Positions 19,291 through 28,795 of a stretch of 64,000 nucleotides of DNA are shown here, piece by piece. Made by a program: the position numbers and the translations under genes. Each line of letters opens with the position of its first letter. Position 1 is the first letter of the stretch. This DNA comes from Planctomycetota bacterium. Its GTDB lineage: Bacteria > Planctomycetota > GCA-002687715 > CAIWVZ01. The DNA is taken from the NCBI GenBank assembly GCA_044222185.1, contig JBGANV010000007.1, positions 192,001 to 256,000 of the forward strand, written 5' to 3'. The notes below the pieces were generated by a model. That model was not told where the DNA came from, did no database searches, and saw nothing but the letters and a program-made list of their open reading frames with translations.

Positions 19291-19617
19291 TTATACCGCG
19301 ATTTCCACCCGACCCGCATGGACGCGTGCCGCATGCATGTGGAGCCCGGACTGGGGCGCGCCGGCCACGCACCGCCCGTCGCGGCAATCGAATCCCCAAC
19401 CGTGGGCTCGACACCACAGCGTGCCGTCGCGGAACGCGCCGAAGGAGAGGGGCTCACCCTTGTGAGGACAGCGGTCGACGGCCGCGATGGCCGAATCGCC
19501 CGATCTCACGACGACGAACGCGCGCCCGGCACAGGTCACGCCGCGCGGAATTCCCTCGGGAAAAGCGTCCCGTTCCCCGGCGTCCACCCACTGCGCGCCG
19601 TCGCCGGGCGCCGTCAT
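19291..19617 (-). CDS. Rieske [2Fe-2S] ferredoxin
   Basis: CPH...CRAHGWGFD motif. The ATG overlaps the upstream stop. Confidence 0.88.
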   Translation of the reverse strand: MTAPGDGAQWVDAGERDAFPEGIPRGVTCAGRAFVVVRSGDSAIAAVDRCPHKGEPLSFGAFRDGTLWCRAHGWGFDCRDGRCVAGAPQSGLHMHAARVHAGRVEIAV

Positions 19618-20342
19618 GTCACACGCACGACGAGGCTTCGGTCCAGCAAGCCGAGCAGGGTGTCGACGGCCTGATCGACCACGGCGCGATCCTTGGCCTC
19701 GAGGGTGATGTGGACGGCGTGATCCGGGTTCGCATACGTCGGATAGCTCCCGATGGTCACGGCGGGAAGCAATGCGTGCAGGCGATCGAGGGCGGGCGCC
19801 AGCAGTCCTTCTTCCTGATGCGTGTCGATGCTCCGCAGATGGAACGGCGTCGAGCGGAACGTCTCGCGGATCGCCAGGAACTTCTTCTGCAGGATCTCGG
19901 GAGACCCTGGCAGGACGTAGACGTTGCGCACGCGCACCACGGGGAAGACGAGGTTGGGACTGAAGACGAGTTCGCTCTCGCCGGGGAGGTCCGCCATCCG
20001 CAGGTGCGCCGGGGTCGCCTGACCGTGGAAGTACTGCTGGATCACGCGAGTCATCTCGGGGAACGGGCGGAGCGGGCACCCGAATCCAGCGGCGATTCCC
20101 GCGAACGTCAGGTCGTCGAGCGTCGGCCCCACACCGCCGGTGGTGATGACGAACGCCGCGCGCTCGGAGGCCTCCACGACGATCTTCGCGATCACGTCGA
20201 TCTGGTCGTGAATCGTGGTCACCCGATCGACGGTGACGCCCAGCTCGCGAAGCTGGCCGATGAGCCAGGGACTGTTGGTGTCGCGGATCTTGGCGCTCAA
20301 GATCTCGCTGCCGACGACGACGATTTCCGCGCCGCGATTCAT
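19614..20342 (-). CDS. CinA-like molybdopterin-binding domain protein
   Basis: VVGSEILSAKIRDTN, TTGGVGPTLDDLT, LPGSP and IGSYP motifs. Confidence 0.88.
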   Translation of the reverse strand: MNRGAEIVVVGSEILSAKIRDTNSPWLIGQLRELGVTVDRVTTIHDQIDVIAKIVVEASERAAFVITTGGVGPTLDDLTFAGIAAGFGCPLRPFPEMTRVIQQYFHGQATPAHLRMADLPGESELVFSPNLVFPVVRVRNVYVLPGSPEILQKKFLAIRETFRSTPFHLRSIDTHQEEGLLAPALDRLHALLPAVTIGSYPTYANPDHAVHITLEAKDRAVVDQAVDTLLGLLDRSLVVRVT

Positions 20343-20380
20343 GGCTGCACTGTAGCGGAGGCCAGCGTCCCCGTCGCGTC

Positions 20381-20836
20381 TCAGCGGGCGTCGGTGATCA
20401 CGGCCTGACGGACTGCGACGTAGAGGGCGGCCGACGCCGGCACGAGCAGGAGCGCCTGGACGGCGAACCAACCACCGATGTCATTCGACGCGACGAACCA
20501 GAGCAACGTCACGGCGGCCGTTCCCGCCCACGCAAGGACGAGCCGCAGCGACCGCGACACGGCGAGCCGGCTCCGGGTCAGGATTCCGCGAATGAGCCGC
20601 AGCGGAGTGATCAGCTGCGTCCAAGCGCCCCAGGCGAACAGGCCGAAGATCACGGCGCCGCTCAACGCGGGACGCGGGAAGAACGCGCGGCGCATCTCGT
20701 CGGAGAATGCGATCGTGCCCCAGAAGGCCGAGCACCCGAGGACGACCAGACCAAGCGTCACGATCGCGAGTCGGAGCGCTCCGGCTGGATGGTCGGGCAC
20801 GGGCTGTGGACGAACGATCTCGCGCGGCGCCGACAC
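20381..20836 (-). CDS. Hypothetical membrane protein (about 4 TM helices)
   Basis: Four hydrophobic segments, co-oriented with neighbouring genes. Start is uncertain. Confidence 0.6.
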   Translation of the reverse strand: MSAPREIVRPQPVPDHPAGALRLAIVTLGLVVLGCSAFWGTIAFSDEMRRAFFPRPALSGAVIFGLFAWGAWTQLITPLRLIRGILTRSRLAVSRSLRLVLAWAGTAAVTLLWFVASNDIGGWFAVQALLLVPASAALYVAVRQAVITDAR

Positions 20837-20979
20837 TCCCCGTCGTTCTCGTGGGAAGACGTGATGAAGTTCGACTGACGGGCGGGTCCGAAGCGGGGCG
20901 TGTGGCACGTGAGGTCGCAATCCTGAGGCGGCATCCTACACGAAGGGAGGACGCGGCGACGAATCGCGCCGCGACGGCG

Positions 20980-22797
20980 TCAGCGGGCGAGCGCGTCGCC
21001 GAGCACCGGATGGTCGCACGCCGCCGGTGGAGTGATCCCCAACGCTTCCGCCAGGGTGACCACGCCCGAGCCCGGCCCGGCGACGATCGGGCTCGAGTAG
21101 CCGCGGCGGATCCCCGGTCCCATGAGCATCAGCGGAACGCGGCGGTCGTAGGCGTAGGGCGTGCCGTGCGACGCCACCGTCGAGGTCCCGATGAGGTGGT
21201 GCGGCTTGGGCACGAGGTACACGTCCGGTCGGCGCGGGGTCCAGCGCGCCAGTCGGATCGCACGCAGCATGGGATCGGTCGACGCACCGGCCTCGACTCG
21301 ATGCCATGGAAACGCCGCGTACATCCCCGAGACGGTCGACGCTGCGGCGGCAGCGACGTCGGCAGCCGCGTCGACGGAGATGTTGCGGGGCTCCAACGTG
21401 GACTTGTCGAGAAAGACATCGGTGCCGTCGAGCGCCGCGAGCCACTTGTTTGGCGCTGGCGATCCGAAGGCTTTCGTCAACGAGTCGTCGATCGCCGCGC
21501 GGAGCTTCTCGATGCGGACACGGCCCGCCGGCAGGCCCTGCTGGGCTGCGAACTCCGGTGCGAGACCGACGCCGTGATCCGAGGACAGCTCGACGACGTA
21601 ACGATCCGGACCGACGAGTTCATCGAGGGTCTTCAGGAGCTCGGCGATGTGTCGATCGACGCGGATCAACATGTCGCGGACCTCCTGGCTCGCCGGCCCG
21701 CAGGCGTGGCCCACCAGGTCGTTGGATGAGAAGCTGACGGCGAACAGGTCGGGCACGTCGTCTCGTCCGAGATTCAGTTCGGCCAGGGCCTTCCTTGCCG
21801 CCGACATCACCATCTCGTTGCCCGCCGGCGACGTGACGATCGCTTCGATCATGATCTTCGGATCGACGAGGGTGGCATCCGGGAGGCGATGAGGGAACTT
21901 GCGTGACCCACCGAGCGAGCGCTCGACCGCGTTGTTGTCGTCCAGTTCGGCGTAGAGCGACTTGGGACCCACGCGTTCCCAGACCCAGTTCGAATACCGG
22001 GCGGCGCCAGCCGTGGCGTTCAGCTCCTGGACGAATGGCGGCTCCGTCGCCGCGAACGCCGTGCTCGTCGTGAAGCGGCCGTTGATCAAGTCGATCCAGA
22101 CCGCGAGGTCGGCGCCGACACCGGAGAGAAAGATGGCCGATCGGTCCTTCACCGAGACCGCCACGACCTTGGCCCGCGCGCCGAATGCGGCCTTCAGCGC
22201 GTTGCCGAACGTCGGCGCCATGAGACGTGCCGCGCTCGAACCCGCCGGGCGCGATTCGGCGCCGAAGGTGCGGACGTTCGTGTCCTCGCAGCAGTTCACG
22301 TATCGACGCGACTCGGGCTCGAACCAATCGTTCGCCGTGATGCCATGCCGGATCGGGGAGGCGCCGGTCGAGATGGTCGCGTGTCCGGGGCCGGTGAGCG
22401 TGGATGCGTGCTCGTAGGTCGCGAGCGGGTACGACGACCCGTCACGCTCGATGCGCTTGATCCCGTCGTCTCCGAGCGCGGCCCATCCGGAACGGAGCAC
22501 GTCCGTCGAGAGCTGGTCGACGACGATCAGGACGGCGAGCCGTGCGCCGTTCTTCGCGACCGAGAAGGGGCCTTTGATCGACGTCTTGCGCGACGTGGGC
22601 TGGGAGGCGGGCTCGTCGCCTTGCGTGCCGGCGCGGAGGAGTGGTGTGCTGAGGGCGAGGGCGACGGCCACGGCGAGGAAGGCGAGGCGCTTACGTCGGG
22701 GTCGGAGCGCTCGCGGCTCGGCATTGGCTGCGAACTGGCAGGGAGGGAGCCCTGCCGGCCGGTCAGGCGGAGCCTGGCGCTCCTGCGCTGCGAACAT
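20980..22797 (-). CDS. Alkaline phosphatase superfamily protein (PafA/NPP-like)
   Basis: VVDQL, TGPGHATISTG (Thr nucleophile), SVKDRSA, DLVGH, SSDHG and SHG motifs, plus a signal-like segment. Confidence 0.88.
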   Translation of the reverse strand: MFAAQERQAPPDRPAGLPPCQFAANAEPRALRPRRKRLAFLAVAVALALSTPLLRAGTQGDEPASQPTSRKTSIKGPFSVAKNGARLAVLIVVDQLSTDVLRSGWAALGDDGIKRIERDGSSYPLATYEHASTLTGPGHATISTGASPIRHGITANDWFEPESRRYVNCCEDTNVRTFGAESRPAGSSAARLMAPTFGNALKAAFGARAKVVAVSVKDRSAIFLSGVGADLAVWIDLINGRFTTSTAFAATEPPFVQELNATAGAARYSNWVWERVGPKSLYAELDDNNAVERSLGGSRKFPHRLPDATLVDPKIMIEAIVTSPAGNEMVMSAARKALAELNLGRDDVPDLFAVSFSSNDLVGHACGPASQEVRDMLIRVDRHIAELLKTLDELVGPDRYVVELSSDHGVGLAPEFAAQQGLPAGRVRIEKLRAAIDDSLTKAFGSPAPNKWLAALDGTDVFLDKSTLEPRNISVDAAADVAAAAASTVSGMYAAFPWHRVEAGASTDPMLRAIRLARWTPRRPDVYLVPKPHHLIGTSTVASHGTPYAYDRRVPLMLMGPGIRRGYSSPIVAGPGSGVVTLAEALGITPPAACDHPVLGDALAR

Positions 22798-23211
22798 TCA
22801 GTGCTTCGCGGCCGCGTGCTCGTCGGCCGTCGCGAGGAGTTTCTTCAACGTGGCTTCGTTGACGCCGTCCCGACGGTTCACCGGAATGAGGCGGTCGGAG
22901 CAACGCTCGTCCGCGAGGCGCAGGAGGTCGGAGGGCGCCGGATCGTCGTCGATCCAGTAGAAGCTCTCCTTGAAGTCGATGGCGGAGGCCTTGCCGAGGG
23001 CCCGCCGGTAGGCGACGTAACGGACGTCCACACCAAAGCCCTTGGCGACGGCGTGGGCGTGATGCTCCTCGAGCGAGGTGAGGAAGCGGATGTCGAAGCG
23101 GCCACGGACGGCTTCGATGAATCGCGACGCGTAGTCGGCGCGGATGAGCTCACCGTTGCGATCGATGAGAAGCGTGCCGACGATGTCCAGGTACAGGGCG
23201 GGCTTTTGCAT
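22798..23211 (-). CDS. Small HAD-like domain protein
   Basis: LYLDIVGTL (motif I variant), FLTS, K and WIDDD motifs. Confidence 0.6.
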   Translation of the reverse strand: MQKPALYLDIVGTLLIDRNGELIRADYASRFIEAVRGRFDIRFLTSLEEHHAHAVAKGFGVDVRYVAYRRALGKASAIDFKESFYWIDDDPAPSDLLRLADERCSDRLIPVNRRDGVNEATLKKLLATADEHAAAKH

Positions 23212-23284
23212 GCTCGGACCGCGTTTCGGGTCCGATTCTAATGCACGGGGGCGCGAGGGGAAGGAGCTTCCGCCGGCGTCCTCG

Positions 23285-24022
23285 TCACACGGTCCGCACG
23301 GCGGGCATCGTCTTGCCGTAGATCGGGAGCAACGCTCCGGTGATCGCCCGCGCGCTTGGCGATGCCAGGAAAACCACCGCGTCGGCGACTTCGTCCGCGA
23401 GCAGCGGCCGGGAGGGTGGCCATTCGTTCGCCGTGGCCTCGGCCTTCTTCGGGTCCTTTTCCACGGCACCCGGGCAGACGGCGTTGACCCGGATCCGGTG
23501 GTCCTTCAGGTCCTGGGCGAGCGCGAGGGTGAGCCCGTTCAGGCCGAATTTCGTAGCCACGTGCGGGGCCACGTTCCGGTCGCCCACCATTCCGTGGATC
23601 GAGGAGACGTTGACGATCGACCCGCCCCCGCGCGCGTGCATGGGGTCGATGACCGCACGGCAGCCGTACATGGCCGAAAGCAGGTTGCTTCGCAACACGT
23701 CTTCGAACGCGTTGGGATCCCAGTCGCGGAATGCCCGCCAGACGAATCGGGCGGCGTTGTTGACGAGGATCGAGACCGGCGCGCCGGCGCGGCGGTGCAC
23801 CTCCTCGACGAGACGTTCCCACTCCTCGACCTTCGTCACGTCGGCCGCGACGAGATCCGCGTTGCCGCCGCGCTTGGAGATCTCGGCAACGGTCTGCTCG
23901 AGGGTCGCTTTCGTGCGGCCGCAGACGATGACCGTGGCACCTGAGTCGGCGAGTTTTCGGGCGATCGCCGAGCCGATCGTGCCGCCGCCGCCGGTCACGA
24001 GAGCCACTTCGTTATTGAGCAT
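23285..24022 (-). CDS. SDR family oxidoreductase with an atypical HxxxK motif
   Basis: ALVTGGGGTIG, LVNNAA, IVNVSS, HVATK and VNAVCPG motifs. Confidence 0.88.
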   Translation of the reverse strand: MLNNEVALVTGGGGTIGSAIARKLADSGATVIVCGRTKATLEQTVAEISKRGGNADLVAADVTKVEEWERLVEEVHRRAGAPVSILVNNAARFVWRAFRDWDPNAFEDVLRSNLLSAMYGCRAVIDPMHARGGGSIVNVSSIHGMVGDRNVAPHVATKFGLNGLTLALAQDLKDHRIRVNAVCPGAVEKDPKKAEATANEWPPSRPLLADEVADAVVFLASPSARAITGALLPIYGKTMPAVRTV

Positions 24023-24165
24023 CGAGCGTCTCCAGGAGCGCGTTCATGAGCGAGGCGCCATGTTTGCTCCGGGCGCCGGAAACCGCAAGCGGCGTCTGCG
24101 CAAGGTCCCGGACGAAACCAGCCTCTTCGTGCCGCGTTGCGCTGCATCCGAGTGCGACACGAGAT

Positions 24166-24194
24166 TTGACCCGGGCGAAAACGCGGGGTAGTCT
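24166..24194 (+). promoter_or_regulatory. Sigma70-type promoter
   Basis: TTGACC-N17-TAGTCT. Confidence 0.65.
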
Positions 24195-24200
24195 CCCGGT

Positions 24201-24358
24201 GTCCTGCTCGCGTGGTGCGAGTCGCACGAGCGGACGAGCAAGCTTCGGCGCGCGAAAGCCTCCCGGCTCCAGACGGTCGACTTCGCGCCAGTGAGAACTC
24301 GGGTTCTCACGACACCCGGGTGGGATGGTGACGCATCCCACGCGGGTGTGCTCATTTT
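24201..24358 (+). ncRNA. Candidate structured small RNA of unknown family
   Basis: Begins just after the promoter. Four consecutive stem-loops, the last followed by a T-run. No credible ORF. Confidence 0.5.
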
Positions 24359-24395
24359 CGCGGCGCCCGTCCTGATCCGACGGCGAACCGCCCCT

Positions 24396-25316
24396 TCACC
24401 GCGCCAGCCGTTCGGCGAGCGCCGCGTGGATGTCTACGAGATCTTCCGTGTCGCGCGCGTACCCGCCCGCGAGCGTGGCGACGAGCGGTACCCCCAGTCG
24501 CTCGGCCGTGCCGACGAGCAACTCGTCTCGGCGCTGGAATCCCGCCTTGCTCAGCGCGAGACCGCCGAGCTGATCCTCCTTCCACGGGTCACCTCCGGCG
24601 ACGTAGTGGATGAAGTCGGGCCGATGGGCGCTGACGGCCTTCGCGAGCGCGGGTTCGAGCGCCGCCAGGTAGCCATCGTCATCGCACCCCGTCTCCAGGC
24701 CCACGTTCAGCGACGCGGCTTCCTTCGGCGGGTAGTTGTCGTGCTGATGGATGTCGAGCGTGTAGACGCGCACGTCGTTTCGGAAGATGTGACACGTCCC
24801 GTTGCCTTGGTGCACGTCCGTGTCGACGACGAGTGGCCTCTCGATGCGGCCGTCGTCGAGGGCGAGGCGGATCGACAGCGCGATGTCGTTGAAGAGGCAG
24901 AACCCGGCCCCGCGGTGCGCGAACGCGTGATGGAATCCGCCGCCGACGTTCATGGCACGCCGCGCAACGCCGCGTTCCGCGAGTGCCCAGTCGGTCAGCA
25001 GGACCGTGCCGCGCGCCATGATTGCCTGCGCCCGCACGACGCCGGGCAGGCAGGGCACTTCGAACTCCGCGAGTCCCGCCAGGGGGTCTTCGTCGGACAG
25101 TTCGTGGACGCGGGCGATGTAGTCGGCGCGGTGCACGACGGCGAGCGTCTCGTCGTCGAGCGGTGCCGATGGTTCGATCAAGGTCACGCGGTCGAGGACT
25201 CCGAGCTCGCGGCAGCGGCGGAAGGTCCGCTCGTACTTGTCCGCCGGGAACACGTGCACGCCGAGCGGCATCTTGTACGAGGCGTGGAACGCGAGCGCGG
25301 TCGTGGCGGACGTCAC
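24396..25316 (-). CDS. Histone deacetylase family protein
   Basis: HVFPADKY, GGGFHHA, GFCLFND, DTDVHQGNGT, DQLGGL and LAGGY motifs. The GTG overlaps the dedA stop. Confidence 0.92.
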   Translation of the reverse strand: MTSATTALAFHASYKMPLGVHVFPADKYERTFRRCRELGVLDRVTLIEPSAPLDDETLAVVHRADYIARVHELSDEDPLAGLAEFEVPCLPGVVRAQAIMARGTVLLTDWALAERGVARRAMNVGGGFHHAFAHRGAGFCLFNDIALSIRLALDDGRIERPLVVDTDVHQGNGTCHIFRNDVRVYTLDIHQHDNYPPKEAASLNVGLETGCDDDGYLAALEPALAKAVSAHRPDFIHYVAGGDPWKEDQLGGLALSKAGFQRRDELLVGTAERLGVPLVATLAGGYARDTEDLVDIHAALAERLAR

Positions 25317-25972
25317 GGCGCCGGCTTGTCGTGGGAGAGGCTCGCCGTTGCGTCCGTCGGCGTCGGCTTCGCCATCCGCTTCCTCAGGTGCGGCCACGCC
25401 TTCCAGATCACGATCGCGGCAATCACCCCCGCGAGGACCCAGGCCACCCAGCCGGAAATGCGGTCGTGGATGGCCTTCCAGTTCTCCGACGCGGCGTAGC
25501 CGATCCAGATCCACAGGGGCACGCTGATGAAGGCCGCGAGTCCGTCCCAGAAGAAGAACTTCCCGAAGCCGATCCGGCTGACCCCCGCGAGGAGGAACGT
25601 GGGAAATCGGATCCCGGCCACGTGGCGGGCGAGGAAGACCGTGAGGGCGCCGTACTTGGCGTAGTACCCCTTGACCCTCTCGACGCGGGCGGGCGTCATC
25701 AAGCGGGCGATGAAGCGCCGCTTCAGGACGGCCTCGCCGTAATGCGAGCCCAGGTAATAGACGATCGAGTCGCCGACCATCACGCCTGAGTAGAGAACGG
25801 CGAACGTGAACAGCACGGAGCCCTGGCCCCGGTGCGTGATCACGCCGCCCGTGATCAGGAATACGTCCTCGGGGATCGGAAGCCCCAGGCCCGCGACGAA
25901 GAGCCCACACCAAAGGACGGGCAGACCATAGACGGTCGCCAGTTCGAGCACGTGATTGATGACGCTTTCCAC
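25313..25972 (-). CDS. dedA: DedA family membrane protein
   Basis: GLGLPIPED, GDSIVYYLG and VFLARHVAGIR motifs. Confidence 0.9.
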   Translation of the reverse strand: MESVINHVLELATVYGLPVLWCGLFVAGLGLPIPEDVFLITGGVITHRGQGSVLFTFAVLYSGVMVGDSIVYYLGSHYGEAVLKRRFIARLMTPARVERVKGYYAKYGALTVFLARHVAGIRFPTFLLAGVSRIGFGKFFFWDGLAAFISVPLWIWIGYAASENWKAIHDRISGWVAWVLAGVIAAIVIWKAWPHLRKRMAKPTPTDATASLSHDKPAP

Positions 25973-26277
25973 TGGTTGTTCCGTTGCGCGTCGGCGCCGC
26001 GCGCACCGTCGCGGACGACGGGCACCGGGGCCGAAAGGTCGCGGACTGTAACAGAACGTCTCAGACGACGATCTTCATCGAGTCCGTCCGCGGTGTGGTG
26101 AGTTTTCGTCACGCGCGTGAGTCCGCGCGGGATCGGGCGATCGCGCGACAAGCTGAGATCGTGCGCGCGCCAGTTGTCGCGGAATTGTGAATTCCGTGTC
26201 AACCGTGAAACGGGAACAGGAGATCGACCGTAGGCGTCGAATAGATCTCGCATCAGTTTCGATCCGAGGAGGAACGT

Positions 26278-27555
26278 ATGAGGAACGTGACGCTCGCGTG
26301 TTGTCTGCTCGCGCTGTTCGCGTCCGCTCTTCGCGGTCAATCCCAAGGGATTCACTGGGAAGCGGACTGGGGCAGCGGGCTGAAGCGCGCTCAGGCGGAG
26401 GGGAAGCCTCTCATGGTCGCGTTCATCATGGACGCCGAGCCGGCAAATGACGAGGTCGCGCGCCTGCACTTCCACGACGAGAAGGTGGTGGCGGCGTCGA
26501 AGGACTTCGTGTGCATGATCGCGGCGCTCGGCACGCACGACCCGGTCACTGGCGGATCGGAGATCTGCTCACGGTTCGGATGCGTGAAGTGCACCGAACA
26601 CCGTGCAATGCACATCAGGGCGCAGGAGGCCCTCCTGCGTAGCGATCAGGTTTCGGCGCCCCAGTTCGTCTTCGTGAAGCCGGACGGCAAGAGCGTGATC
26701 CTGCGCCACGTCTGGATGCTGGCGCCGCAACAGCTCGTGAAGAAGATGAACGTTGCGCTTGCCCTCCACGATCCGTCGAAGGGTGGCGAGCTCCTGAAGG
26801 AGATGCGCGCCGACGTCGAATCCAAGATCGCCGCGGCGGCTGACAACAATGCGTCCAAGCGTCAGGCGGCACTCGACGAGCTGCTCGCGCTCGATGACCC
26901 GCGAATCGACGAGTTCCTCGTCCGCCAGACGGCCGAGACGGTCGACGAGCAGAAGCGCCTCGAGGCCATCGATGCCATGGGCGGTGCTCGCTCGAATGGC
27001 ACCATCGCCGCCGTGCTGCACAAGTTGCTCGAGTCCAAATCCAGCCAGGTTCGGGCGCACGCCGCCGTCGCGGTCGAGCGTCTGGGACAGGCGGAGAGTG
27101 GCCCCGCGCTTGCCGCCGCACTCAAGCGTGAATCGAAGGAGCGCGTGCGCTCCGACCTGATCCGCGCCCTCGCCGTGTGCGACCCGATCACGCCGGCGTA
27201 CCGCAAGGCGGTCATCTCGGCCATCGGTCAGGGCTCTCAGTCGGAGCGGATCGCGGCGATCCGCGCCGTGATCCCGTTCCGCGGGGACGATGGCGTCAAC
27301 AAGGCGCTCCTGGCGGCTGCCAAGGACTCGGCGGCGCAGGTCCGCGCCGCAGCCTATTCCGCGCTCGCTCGGCGGGACGTACGGGATGCCGTCGGGCTCC
27401 TTCGCTCCGCGGTGAAGACCGAGAAGCTCCTGGATGTCCGGAACCTGGCGAATGCGTCGCTGGCCCGGATCACGGGAGAGAGCTGGCCCGGCCCCGATGG
27501 CGAGTCTGCCGTCAGCGTGAACCTGATCGACGAGGATCTTCGCTCGAAGAAGTGA
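26278..27555 (+). CDS. Exported thioredoxin-like fold plus HEAT-repeat protein
   Basis: GAGGAGG RBS, signal peptide, IHWEADW..GLKRAQAEGKPLMV (thioredoxin-like start) and multiple HEAT repeats. Confidence 0.75.
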   Translation: MRNVTLACCLLALFASALRGQSQGIHWEADWGSGLKRAQAEGKPLMVAFIMDAEPANDEVARLHFHDEKVVAASKDFVCMIAALGTHDPVTGGSEICSRFGCVKCTEHRAMHIRAQEALLRSDQVSAPQFVFVKPDGKSVILRHVWMLAPQQLVKKMNVALALHDPSKGGELLKEMRADVESKIAAAADNNASKRQAALDELLALDDPRIDEFLVRQTAETVDEQKRLEAIDAMGGARSNGTIAAVLHKLLESKSSQVRAHAAVAVERLGQAESGPALAAALKRESKERVRSDLIRALAVCDPITPAYRKAVISAIGQGSQSERIAAIRAVIPFRGDDGVNKALLAAAKDSAAQVRAAAYSALARRDVRDAVGLLRSAVKTEKLLDVRNLANASLARITGESWPGPDGESAVSVNLIDEDLRSKK

Positions 27556-27565
27556 GCGCCGCAGG

Positions 27566-28723
27566 TCAGCGCACGGGCGCGTAGGCGTCGCGCAGCACGG
27601 CTTCGGCCTCGCGACCCTGCGGACTGTAGTCCCACTCGGGCACGGACGCGGCGTCGGTGTAGAAGCGCCACATACAGAGGCCGCGCCACCAGTCCTCACC
27701 GGCGAACGCGCGGATGAGGGCCCGGTAGCAGAGTGCCTGCTGGCGTGCGTTCAACGGGCGGGCCTGCTTGGGTGGAGGGGCCGGCGCCGCGGGCGCGGAG
27801 GCCGTCGCACCGGGAACGGGGGGGCCGAAGTCGGCCGCCGCGGGCGCATCGAGTACCGGTTGCCATCGCCACGGGTAGTACCCGCAGTCGGCGAACGGCG
27901 CGTAACCGACTTCGGTGAAGAACACGGGCCGTCCGTACTGCATGGAGAGTTCCCGCAGGCGCTGGCGGATCGGCTCCCAACCCTCCAACAGCGTTCCGAG
28001 GGTGGCGGGCGGAAGCTCTCGCTTCGGATCGAACGAGTCCTTCGGCAGGCCATCGTCGAGAAGCTCGAAATAGGCGCCGATCCCGATGTAGTCGACGGCA
28101 TCCCACCACGTGATCTGGTCGAAGTCGTCCCAGTTCGCCGAGTACGTCACCGGGCCACCGAAGGCCGCGCGTGCCTTGCGTGCGACCTCGCGCCACTTGT
28201 CCGGGTCGCGTTTGACCGCGGTCCGGTACTCGAGGCCGAGGCCGAGCACGGCGACTCCCTCTTCGCGGGCCAGCGTCGCGAACTGGACGAGGACCTCCGT
28301 GAATCGTTCGAAGAACCGACTCCAATCCTCTTCGGACTTCATGGCGATGTCGGCGCGCCATGGAAATGGAGGCTGAAAGAAGGCGGGACTCTCGATGCGC
28401 GGCAACAGGAACACGCGGAGCCCGGCGGCCCGCGCCGAGCGCAGGAACGCCCTCAGTTTCGCCTCGTCGCCGTCGATGTGCATCTGTGGCGCGTTGATGT
28501 CCGGCATGACGATCTCGGGGCCGATCGCCACGGTGTCGCAGCCCAGTTCGCGCAAATGGCGAAGCGCCGCCAGCCCCTGCGGGGAATCCAACGTCGCGGC
28601 CCCGACCGGCGCGAGCCATGCCCCTTTCATCTGCCCGGCCGAGAACGTCGGCCGCTCATGGGGCCACGCGGCGAGGATGGCCATCGCGAGCGCGGCGAGC
28701 GTGAAGGCGAGGAGAGGACGCAT
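27566..28723 (-). CDS. Glycoside hydrolase family 113-like TIM barrel
   Basis: WRADI, GLEY, TYSANWD, IGIGAYFEL and FFTEVGY motifs. Confidence 0.8.
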   Translation of the reverse strand: MRPLLAFTLAALAMAILAAWPHERPTFSAGQMKGAWLAPVGAATLDSPQGLAALRHLRELGCDTVAIGPEIVMPDINAPQMHIDGDEAKLRAFLRSARAAGLRVFLLPRIESPAFFQPPFPWRADIAMKSEEDWSRFFERFTEVLVQFATLAREEGVAVLGLGLEYRTAVKRDPDKWREVARKARAAFGGPVTYSANWDDFDQITWWDAVDYIGIGAYFELLDDGLPKDSFDPKRELPPATLGTLLEGWEPIRQRLRELSMQYGRPVFFTEVGYAPFADCGYYPWRWQPVLDAPAAADFGPPVPGATASAPAAPAPPPKQARPLNARQQALCYRALIRAFAGEDWWRGLCMWRFYTDAASVPEWDYSPQGREAEAVLRDAYAPVR

Positions 28724-28795
28724 GGCAGCTGGTTTCGGATCGGCGGCAGGCGGACCCGCGTCACGAGGGCCGTGAGTCTACACCCGGCGTTCCCG

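Noticed and set aside
24012-24355. Small ORFs in the SDR-HDAC gap
   Set aside because: They have no protein-like composition or motifs. The promoter and hairpin architecture fits an RNA better.
24396-26006. Apparent 536 aa HDAC with an N-terminal extension
   Set aside because: The extension overlaps dedA in another frame. The real start is the GTG at 25316, coupled to the dedA stop.
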